Assembly: GCA_964016885.1 (NCBI GenBank)
Contig: OZ024743.1
Location: 350,982,001 to 351,046,000, forward strand
DNA length: 64,000 bases
Reading direction: 5' to 3'
Origin: Eledone cirrhosa
Taxonomy: Eukaryota
In this document: in pieces, positions 14,558-23,539 of the stretch
How positions within the stretch are numbered: position 1 is the stretch's first letter
Layout: each line of letters begins with the position of its first letter
Notes under the pieces: generated by a model
Seen by the model: only the letters and a program-made list of their open reading frames with translations
Told to the model about the DNA's origin: nothing
The model's database searches: none
Translations under genes and position numbers: made by a program

Positions 14558-14565
<8 letters not shown>
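13671..14565. mobile_element. Cluster of palindromic PLE-tail-like elements in (TA)n
   Basis: The same ~150-bp tail in both orientations (13725-13878, 14087-14225, 14500-14565; also 37240-37420, 39031-39072); long inverted repeat 14228-14317/14409-14498. Confidence 0.65.
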
Positions 14566-14601
<36 letters not shown>

Positions 14602-14604
14602 AGT

Positions 14605-14655
14605 GGCTTCTACGAGACTAGAACTGTTTCATTCGGGACAAATCATCAGGAAGCC
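14605..14655 (-). ncRNA. Hammerhead-like motif in an inverted-duplicated PLE tail
   Basis: Minus strand: ggcttc CTGATGA tttgtcccgaat GAAA c...g TA gaagcc; decayed mirror copy on the plus strand ~14656-14708. Confidence 0.65.
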
Positions 14656-16082
14656 CTGGTTTGCCCCGAATGTAACAGTTCTAGTCCGGTAGAAGCCATT
14701 TCTATATTAGACATTTATACTCTGCTATGCATTGAGTACCTTACTTACTGTGGTTACCCCCGATTGAACTCGGGATAAACTTATATATACACACACACAT
14801 ATATATATATATATATTATTTAAGTCACTCCCAACAAGGTGTCAAGTAACAAACAATACACCAGCTTACAAACTACCCCTTAATTTGATCAATCTCAAAA
14901 CCTCATGTGGCAGAGCGTGCTTCTCAATATTTTCAGGATACCTGCGTCCATGCCTGAAGAATTGTAACGGCCATTCAAAACCACACTGTATTGGCATTTT
15001 ACTAATATATATGGTGCAATATCCTGAGAATTGCGGTAAGAATCCTTTCGGCAGGCAGAATACGAACTTACAAAACACGAGTTTAAAAACACGCTCTTAT
15101 CTCTCTGGCCAGAATACAATCAAACGATAATATATCTTAATTGTATATTTCTTTAAAAGTAAATTCTAGAATTAAATGACAATTGTAACATAATTATTTT
15201 AACTTATTTTAAATTATTTAAACATTCCTTCTATGTAACAACTAAACTTTACATAAATATTTATTTTCGTTAACTTAATAAATTTTTGGTGAATGTCTCC
15301 TATCTTGATTGAACTATCTGAATGTACAAAATAATCTTCTCAAATAAAATGTTATAACTACGTCCTTTTCTTAACTATATATTGAAAATGTAAACACATT
15401 CTTCGTAACCCTTAACATATATAAAAATATTTAAATTATCTATCTAGTGAAAATAACAACATATATACTCACCAAAAATATTTATATAAATTCTTATATA
15501 AATAACCCGTTGTAATATAATAAACTAAAATATACTTACAACCTTAAAATATACTTATAAATATTATCTATATAATATAACTCATGATTTGAATAGATCC
15601 AATAATTAGTTGAATATCTCAATTTAAAATAATTTTAAATTGGTATTCTACCACTTCAACAGATTCTTAACTCTCATATTATTTTATAGATACTACCAAG
15701 ATATATGATTATATAATTAAATAATTAAATATAATTATATCACTCTCTTTACACCATCACTGATATCATCCATACAATTTTATCTTAATAATAATAGTGT
15801 ATTTCTAACTATAATTTTTTCTTATAATCATTCCTTAAATTTTCTTACACCCCAATATTAATATTAGCCTCTCTTTTTTTCTTCCTCCATTTATAAATTG
15901 TCCTAATAATTATTTAAATTTACCTAGCGTCTAAATATAACGATCTTTTTTCAGCCTTACGTTTCAACCTCATTTACATATTCATCTAAAAGATTTGAAA
16001 TGTTTCTTTCATTATCCAAACTGAACCTGAACCGATAAGGTCTGGTTTATCGGGTATGTCACCATTTATAAAACAAATTTTG

Positions 16083-16141
16083 TATTTTATCTGATGAGAG
16101 CGTACCAAAATTTTTGTACCCTTGAAATATATTAAATAATA
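16083..16141 (+). ncRNA. Degenerate hammerhead-like motif at the end of an AT-rich element
   Basis: CTGATGA gagcgtac-caaaattttt-gtaccctt GAAA tata TT; stem I has mismatches; ~40 bp before (TA)n. Confidence 0.55.
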
Positions 16142-16478
16142 TATAGTTGAATAACCAACAAATTAAATATCTCTTTGCTTATATATATATATATATATAT
16201 ATAAAAACAAATAACGAAACGAAATTAAATTTCGTTTCGTTTGTAACTCACTTTTGTATGACTGACGCTTAAACAATTAAGTTAAAAATGTACATCCACA
16301 TATGTATACTGAAATACTAGTATGCATATGAATACACACACGTATACATATGTAGATGTACCAAGTTTTTTCACTGGTCACTTTACTGTGAGTGTCCAGC
16401 TATTCTGTATGTAAACACACAGACAAACCGGTTTTTAGAGTCATACTGGTTTTTGAGGAAACACCTTTCCTCTATTCA

Positions 16479-16564
16479 CCAGAAAGCCAGACAAGGAATA
16501 TTGAACTAGTTTCGTTGTTGTTACAACTCATCAGCAATATTTACCTATCTTCCGGCCTTTCTGG
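16479..16564 (-). ncRNA. Type I hammerhead ribozyme (family B), canonical core
   Basis: Minus strand: aatattg CTGATGA gttg-taacaa-caac GAAA ctag TT caatatt. 7-bp stem I plus long extension (ccagaaag..gcc/ggctttctgg). GUU site; predicted cleavage between 16504 and 16503. Confidence 0.92.
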
Positions 16565-16626
16565 AGAATCATAAAAGCACATATCGTTATATGCTTTTTC
16601 TATGAAAATTAGTAGTGGGCAGACTA

Positions 16627-16634
16627 ATTTGCAT
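16627..16634 (-). promoter_or_regulatory. Octamer ATGCAAAT in the conserved block of the retrozyme-like units (putative snRNA-type distal element)
   Basis: ATTTGCAT here and in each family A unit (e.g. 21211-21218), in homologous context upstream of the HHR. Function is inferred. Confidence 0.45.
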
Positions 16635-16838
16635 AGAGTGTGAGTACGTACCGGTTCAACGGAGACGATAAAAACAAATAACGAAACGAAATTAAATTTC
16701 ACTTCTATTAATGGATTCAAAACTAGTAATAAAATTATTGTACACGCAGATAAAACTAATAACATATACAGCCTAGATTATAATACTTATAGAAAGTTTA
16801 TATATAATGAACTACATAAAAGCTACAAAAAAACCACC

Positions 16839-18842
16839 TTGAAAAACTTAGAAGATATTAATGTTGAGGGTTATAATATAGTGTCTAAACTAGGACTACA
16901 GAGGCATACACAACCCTTCACTCCGAACCCCCCTAGATTCTCTCTGAAGGACCATAAGGAGAACTTCATCAGCAACCCCACGATAAGACTTATCTGCCCT
17001 TCCAAGTCCGACATTGGTATTATCAGCAAGAAGATTTTGGATAAAATCATCCCACAAATTAAACACAAGATACACCTTAAACAATGGGGAAATACGGGTG
17101 AAGTGATTGAATGGTTCAAGGATATCAAGAATAATAAGAACAAAAAATGTATTCAATTCGATATCAATTCGTACTACACCTCTATTTCCCCTATCCTATT
17201 AAATAAGGCACTTATCATGGCCATGACCAATAGCGACCTGACTAGAGCCCAGGTTGATGTCATCCTTGCGGCCCGTAAAACCATAATCACCTTTGAGGAC
17301 CAACTATGGACACGCAAGGATACGCACAACAACTTCGACATAACCATGGGATCTAGTGACTCGGCGCAGGTCACTGATTTGGTCGGCCTATACCTCCTCA
17401 ATGAAATCCATAAGGACCTCCCTTACCTCAACGGTGGTTTGTACCGCGATGATGCACTTCTACTTATAGAATATAAAAAATTTAATATAGAAAGAACTAG
17501 AAAACAACTGCATAAGACATTCAAAAACTTTAACCTTAGTATCACCATGGACAAAAACACTAAAAATGTTAACTTCCTAGACGCCACACTATACCTAGAC
17601 TCAAAAATATATACACCTTTCCATAAGCCTAATGAGAAACTTATTTACGTAGATACCAAGTCTAATCACCCTAGATCAATATTAAACTCTATCTCTAAGG
17701 GGGTGTCCAATAGAATCTCTAGTCTGTCCTATGACGCAAACATATTTAGCAAAAACTCACAATATTACAATCAAGCATTAGCTAGCTCCGGCCATAATAT
17801 AGAAATTGAGTTCCTACCTAAGAAAACACATAGCTACAACATCATCTCGCACAACATGTCCATGAGAAAATCTAATAATAGGAATAGCAACCACAAGTAC
17901 ACCAAAGCGGAGGGTGCCACCGGTAGTAACCATTACCATGGAAACTACTGTGGGGCCTTAGGAGGAAGCAACACACCAAACACTAAAAGCAAAAGTAGAA
18001 GAAGAAATAATACATTTTTCAACCCTCCTTTCAACCTAAATGTCTCCACCAACATACCTAGGGCTTTCTTCTCACTACTAGATAAAAACTTCCCTCTAGG
18101 ACACAAGTACCACAACCACTTAAACAAAAACACCATTAAAATCTCATACTCTACGACGCCTAACTTAGCATACCACATAGCTAGCAGCAATAATAGTAAA
18201 ATTAGTTCTTACTTCCAACAAACAAAATCACAACGGGATGCAAACCCTCTAAATACCACTGTAGCAAGCAACCATAGCAACGGCAGTATCAATAGAAATA
18301 ACACTAGTATAAGTAATAACACCAGGGTTGTCAACCCGAACACCCAAAATCCTATATCTACCACACAGACTTCCGCATTGCATTATAACCAGCGGACCAA
18401 CGCACAGGATAATTGTAACTGTAGAGCTAATAGAACCTGCCCTTTAGATAAAAAATGCCTAACCAAGGATGTCATATACTCATGCACCGTCACGACTAAT
18501 AACTCTTCAGAAACCTATGTAGGCTCCACTTCTAACTGCTTCAAAATCAGATATAATTCGCACATCCACTCGTTCAAAAAGCACAGCCTAGCCAACTCCA
18601 CCTCACTTTCTAGCTACATACACTATCTAAAATCTAAAAATAAACCATACACACTCAAATGGGAAGTGATAGGCAGCGCGACCTCGTACAAACCACCTAA
18701 TAAATTCTGCAACCTCTGTATACTAGAGACACACAATATTATCTTCTCCAACCGTAACCTACTTAACAAAAAATCTGAGGTGTTTGCAACTTGCCAGCAC
18801 CGCCTCAGACATTTCTTCCAAAACTTTAAGCCCAATATATAG
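16839..18842 (+). CDS. Penelope-like element polyprotein (reverse transcriptase + thumb + C-terminal GIY-YIG endonuclease), Naiad-like; 5'-truncated
   Basis: 667-aa ORF. RT motifs FDINSYYTSI, ITMGSSDSAQVTDLVG, GGLYRDDAL, VNFLDATL. Linker CNCRANRTCPLDKKC. GIY-YIG VIYSC...TYVGST...FKIRYNSH; C-terminal CNLCILE...LLNKKSE...CQH. The frame stays open upstream to the junction at 16701 and includes ADKTNNIY (DKG-type motif as DKT), so the listed TTG start is not the true start. Confidence 0.93.
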   Translation: MKNLEDINVEGYNIVSKLGLQRHTQPFTPNPPRFSLKDHKENFISNPTIRLICPSKSDIGIISKKILDKIIPQIKHKIHLKQWGNTGEVIEWFKDIKNNKNKKCIQFDINSYYTSISPILLNKALIMAMTNSDLTRAQVDVILAARKTIITFEDQLWTRKDTHNNFDITMGSSDSAQVTDLVGLYLLNEIHKDLPYLNGGLYRDDALLLIEYKKFNIERTRKQLHKTFKNFNLSITMDKNTKNVNFLDATLYLDSKIYTPFHKPNEKLIYVDTKSNHPRSILNSISKGVSNRISSLSYDANIFSKNSQYYNQALASSGHNIEIEFLPKKTHSYNIISHNMSMRKSNNRNSNHKYTKAEGATGSNHYHGNYCGALGGSNTPNTKSKSRRRNNTFFNPPFNLNVSTNIPRAFFSLLDKNFPLGHKYHNHLNKNTIKISYSTTPNLAYHIASSNNSKISSYFQQTKSQRDANPLNTTVASNHSNGSINRNNTSISNNTRVVNPNTQNPISTTQTSALHYNQRTNAQDNCNCRANRTCPLDKKCLTKDVIYSCTVTTNNSSETYVGSTSNCFKIRYNSHIHSFKKHSLANSTSLSSYIHYLKSKNKPYTLKWEVIGSATSYKPPNKFCNLCILETHNIIFSNRNLLNKKSEVFATCQHRLRHFFQNFKPNI

Positions 18843-20286
18843 CAATTTTGGACTGGAACCTAACACCACATCTAGCATCAAACACCAGAGACACACCTTA
18901 TACTACATACCCAACACTAACTGATCCATTATAACACAAACAACGACATCCCTCTGAAACCCTTCGCAGGGAGAATACCCATTTATACCTCTACGGCAGG
19001 TGTGACAACATCCACCCACTTGAACGGCACTACACCGCTCTAAGGGTAATTCGAGCATGAATTGATCGGTTGGTTGGTGTTGTGCAGAGGAAACACCTTC
19101 CTTAGACGGATGTAAAATGATTTATTCGAGTAGCGCTGTTGACCAGTAGGACCGGACTGCTGAGCGCAGTGAGTAAATGCATTGCAACTGCCGTGCGGGT
19201 TGTACGTATATGGATGATCTGACGGTCAGAGAGGGGTCGCGAGGACTGCGGATTGACCTTTGGCCGGCCTGGGGATGATTATCTTTCGACATCAAATGTA
19301 GCAAGCAATGACCCAGATCCTACCAGAGATCATTGGGTCCTGAAGCAAGCCCGCAATCACCGCGCCTGGTCATATGAGCAGACTACAACCACAGAGATCA
19401 TTAATTTAGAATCCTCGCTCATCATCTATAATTTCCATTTGTGGCACCTTAAGATGGGTTAATCCACCATAATAATATGATCACCTTCAGCATAACTTCA
19501 TTAAACTACTCTATAGTTAATACACGTTATGCTTTAAAAATCTCTCTTGGAAGATGCGCATCACCATAGAATTTAGGGTCTATATTGGGACACATTTTAA
19601 TGGCTAGATATAGAAACCCCAGAGTTACCTCCCCGCATACATTAACTCCCCTTAGCCACACACACACTTCCGGGCGGTATTCAATGGCGTTTCTAGAAAC
19701 GTAACAACCTCCTGTATCGAACTAAAGAACACCAGACTACGATCTCTAACTGGATTGTCGTGGATTATGTGAAGGGCATATAATCGAAAAATACACTCCC
19801 CTGACCATGAAAATGCCGAAGTACATGAAATACTTGACATCCCTGCGCTGTGCATCTCCATTACTTATAACACTTTTAATGCTTGCACTATCTTTAATGC
19901 TTATAATATTTCTCCACACACAGACTATATCAATCATATAAAGAATTTGCCACCAGATCTACCAACCTAACACTCTTATTTACCTACCTAAGTGCCTCTA
20001 CCACACATATCTCTCTGCCACACTATATAAACAAGACGCACATGCGTGCCACACATATAACATTTGCACTATATAACCGCTTATCTTCATGTTGTATTTT
20101 AACCTATATTTTTGATTTTTGATTGTACCTATTAATATAAATGTAATCTCGAAGTGTGTACTGCCACTCTAAATTCTGTAATGAATGTTGACCCACAATG
20201 TTTGAATATGTATCAATGTTTGAATATGTGTTGGTATGTCTCTCGGCTGAAAAGGAGGTCATATAACTGTCCATGCATTAATAAAT

Positions 20287-20333
20287 TGCTCCGAAGAATC
20301 CAAACCTCGGTTTGGAGGAAACAGCCATAAGCA
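20287..20333 (+). ncRNA. Hammerhead-like motif with CCGAAGA core at the PLE 3' end
   Basis: tgct CCGAAGA a-tccaaacc-tc-ggtttgga-g GAAA cagcca TA agca. Confidence 0.6.
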
Positions 20334-20364
20334 TAATAATGTTTTGAACAGTTCTTTGATTCTT

Positions 20365-20409
<45 letters not shown>

Positions 20410-20843
20410 GGAAGCATTGTGGAATATGAAAAATCGCTTTTTAGAAGCCTCTACAATGCAGATGGATAAATCTCTGGGCAACACAATCAGGTAGCAGTAG
20501 GAAGAAAAATGTAAAAAGAAATGTAAAATGAAATGAAAACCAGAGATGAAGTTACCCTAGAATAATTTTATGCGTCCCTGTATTTCGGATTTCATATCCA
20601 TCGTCGAGTGATTCAGAAATAAAATTAGAGATTTGTCGGAAAAGAATCTACGTGACCGTTTGTTGCTAGTCTCGGTGAAGTGTGGAGCGATTATGAGACT
20701 CATAAAAAAATGTAGTAAGACTAAGCGCTTCGAAATGTCAAGCGCATAGTGATATGATACTTAGCGTGGTGACAGGAAACGTAAGCATATGTGTGTGTGT
20801 TCATGTGTGCGTGTGTATGTGTGTATGATGAGTGTGTGTAAAC

Positions 20844-20900
<57 letters not shown>

Positions 20901-21082
20901 TATGTACACGTACATACATATATGTATACAGACGTACAGTAGTATGTATATATATATACATACATGCACACATATATATATGTACGTATGGAATCACCGA
21001 ACATTTATTATAATGCTCGGTGTGTTTGTAAACAAACATCCCGTATTAAGCCGTAGTGTCCAGCAACCATCGTTGCTCGTTT

Positions 21083-21169
21083 GTTCAACACTGACAAAGG
21101 AACGATGTACTAGTTTCAAGCTTATTAGCTATCGTCAGCAACGTATACCTTCCTGCCAGATTGTTGAAC
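21083..21169 (-). ncRNA. Type I hammerhead ribozyme (family A copy 1)
   Basis: Minus strand: acgttg CTGACGA t-agct-aata-agct-t GAAA ctag TA catcgt. Palindromic stem III ACTAGT, GUA site, extended stem I (gttcaaca/tgttgaac, ctggca/tgtcag, aagg/cctt). Confidence 0.88.
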
Positions 21170-21516
21170 GTATATACTTAGCTTATGCATATTAACGGCT
21201 GAGTAGCCCAATTTGCATATCGAGTGGGTTAATCGGCCGGGTGCACCGAAAACAATAAACGGAAAAATGAAACGCAATTTCATTTCCCACACTTAGTACG
21301 GCTGTTACTTAAATATAAGTATGTACACGTACATACATATATGTATACAGTCGTACAGTAGTATGTATATATATATACATGCACACATATATATATAAAC
21401 GTATGGATTCAGCGAACATTTATTATAATGCTCGGTGTGTTTGTAAACAAACATCCCGTATTAAGCCGTAGTGTCCAGCAACCATCGTTGCTTGTTTGTT
21501 CAACGCTGACAAAGGA

Positions 21517-21559
21517 ACGCTCTACTAGTTTCAAGATTATTAGCTATCGTCAGCAACGT
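21517..21559 (-). ncRNA. Hammerhead ribozyme (family A copy 2, stems I and II mutated)
   Basis: Same core; one substitution in stem II and one in the first stem I pair. Confidence 0.7.
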
Positions 21560-21938
21560 ATACCTTCCTGCCAGATTGTTGAACGTATATACTTACCTTA
21601 TTCATATTAACGGCTGAGTAGCCCAATTTGCATATCGAGTGGGTTAATCGGCCGGGTGCACCGAAAACGATAAACGGAAAAAATGAAACGAAATTTCATT
21701 TCCCACTCTTATTACGGCTGTTACTTAAATATAATTATGTACACGTACATACATATATGTATACAGTCGTACAGTAGTATGTATATATATATATACATAC
21801 ATGCACACATATATATATGTACGTATGGATTCACCGAACATTTATTATAATGCTCGGTGTGTTTGTAAACAAACATCCCGTATTAAGCCGTAGTGTCCAG
21901 CAACCATCGCTGCTCGTTTGTTCAACACTGACAAAGGA

Positions 21939-21981
21939 ACGTCGTACTACTTTCAAGCTTATTAGCTATCGTCAGCAACGT
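21939..21981 (-). ncRNA. Hammerhead ribozyme (family A copy 3, stem III mutated)
   Basis: Same core; stem III reads gtag instead of ctag; stem I acgttg/cgacgt still pairs. Confidence 0.7.
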
Positions 21982-22338
21982 ATACCTTCCTGCCAGATTG
22001 TTGAACGTATATACTTACCTTATGCATATTAACGGATGGGTAGCCCAATTTGCATATCGAGTGGGTTAATCGGCCGGGTGCACCGAAAACGATAAACGGA
22101 AAAAATGAAACGAAATTTCATTTCCCACTCTTAGTACGGCTGTTACTTAAATATAAGTATGTATACAGTCGTACAGTAGTATGTATATATATATACATAC
22201 ATGCACACATATATATATGAACGTATGGATTCACCGAACATTTATTATAATGCTCGGTGTGTTTGTAAACAAACATCTCGTATTAAGCCGTAGTGTCCAG
22301 CAAACATCGTTGCTCGTTTGTTCAACACTGACAAAGGA

Positions 22339-22381
22339 ACGATGTACTAGTTTCAAGCTTATTAGCTATCGTCAGCAACGT
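22339..22381 (-). ncRNA. Hammerhead ribozyme (family A copy 4)
   Basis: Core identical to copy 1. Confidence 0.85.
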
Positions 22382-22758
22382 ATACCTTCCTGCCAGATTG
22401 TTGAACGTATATACTTACCTTATGCATATTAACGGCTGAGTAGCCCAATTTGCATATCGAGTGGGTTAATCGGCCGGGTGCACCGAAAACGATAAACGGA
22501 AAAAATGAAACGAAATTTCATTTCTCACTCTTAGTACGGCTGTTACTTAAATATAAGTATGTACACGTACATACATATATGTAAACAGTCGTACAGTAGT
22601 ATGTATATATATATACATACATGCACACATATATATATGTACGTATGGATTCACCGAACATTTATTATAATGCTCGGTGTGTTTGTAAACAAACATCCCG
22701 TATTAAGCCGTAGTGTCCAGCAACCATCGCTGCTCGTTTGTTCAACACTGACAAAGGA

Positions 22759-22801
22759 ACGCTGTACTAGTTTCAAGCTTATTAGCTATCGTCAGCAACG
22801 C
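22759..22801 (-). ncRNA. Hammerhead ribozyme (family A copy 5)
   Basis: gcgttg CTGACGA tagctaataagctt GAAA ctag TA cagcgt; stem I fully paired including G-U. Confidence 0.87.
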
Positions 22802-23235
22802 ATACCTTCCTGCCAGATTGTTGAACGTATATACTTACCTTATGCATATTAACGGCTGAGTAGCCCAATTTGCATATCGAGTGAGTTAATCGGCCGGGTG
22901 CACCGAAAATGATAAACGGGATGTTTGTTTACAAACACACCGAGCATTATAATAAATGTTCGGTGAATCCATACGTGCATATATAAATGTGTGCATGTAT
23001 GTATATATATATACATACTACTGTACGACTGTATACATATATGTATGTACGTGTACATACTTATATTTAAGTAACAGCCGTACTAAGAGTGGGAAATGAA
23101 ATTTCATTTCATTTTTTCCGTTTATCGTTTTCGGTGCACCCGGCCGATTAACCCACTCGATATGCAAATTGGGCTACTCAGCCGTTAATATGCATAAGGT
23201 AAGTATATACGTTAAACTATCTGGCAGGAAGGTAT

Positions 23236-23278
23236 ACGTTGCTGACGATAGCTAATAAGCTTGAAACTAGTACAGTGT
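23236..23278 (+). ncRNA. Hammerhead ribozyme (family A, inverted copy)
   Basis: Plus strand: acgttg CTGACGA(23242-48) t-agct-aata-agct-t GAAA(23263-66) ctag TA cagtgt. Confidence 0.87.
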
Positions 23279-23539
23279 TCCTTTGTCAGTGTTGAACAAA
23301 CGAGCAACGATGGTTGCTGGACACTACGGCTTAATACGGGATGTTTGTTTACAAACACACGGAGCATTATAATAAATGTTCGGTGAATCCATACGTGCAT
23401 ATATATATGTGTGCATGTATGTATATTTATATACATACTACTGTACGTCTGTATACATATATGCATGTACGTGTACATACTTATATTTAAGTAACAGCCG
23501 TACTAAGAGTGGGAAATGAAATTACGTTTCATTTTTTCC

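Larger units (their letters stand above)
16201..16700 (-). mobile_element. Retrozyme-like unit, family B (467-bp period, ~1.07 copies), between (TA)n and the truncated PLE ORF
   Basis: 33-bp direct repeat 16201-16233 = 16668-16700; contains an intact HHR, the octamer, and blocks homologous to family A. Confidence 0.82.
16701..20372 (+). mobile_element. Penelope-like retroelement (5'-truncated ORF + ~1.5-kb 3' UTR ending in an HHR-like motif and (TA)n)
   Basis: ORF above, long 3' UTR, HHR-like motif at 20287-20333, element ends at the (TA)n starting ~20372. Confidence 0.85.

Noticed and set aside
16641-16643. In-frame TGA upstream of the PLE ORF as a selenocysteine codon
   Set aside because: It lies within the fused retrozyme unit, not in PLE coding sequence.
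19300-19350. Possible SECIS (ATGA...TGAA hairpin) in the PLE 3' UTR
   Set aside because: The GA of ATGA pairs within the gaccca/tgggtc helix rather than forming the quartet, there is no apical AA, and the retained ORF has no in-frame UGA.
20575-20612. Minus-strand tcgacga-ggat..atcc-GAAA hammerhead-like remnant (also weak ones near 33955-33985 and 36730-36765)
   Set aside because: Core, stem I and cleavage triplet are too degenerate to support.
23195-23205. AG|GTAAGT splice-donor or spliced-leader-like site in the family A unit
   Set aside because: No Sm site or SL structure recognised, and not conserved in family B.
20902-23478. Repeated 60-97 aa ORF (MLGVFVNKHPVLSR...)
   Set aside because: Antisense to the ribozyme strand, starts in microsatellite-like sequence, no recognisable domain; explained by the tandem repeat.
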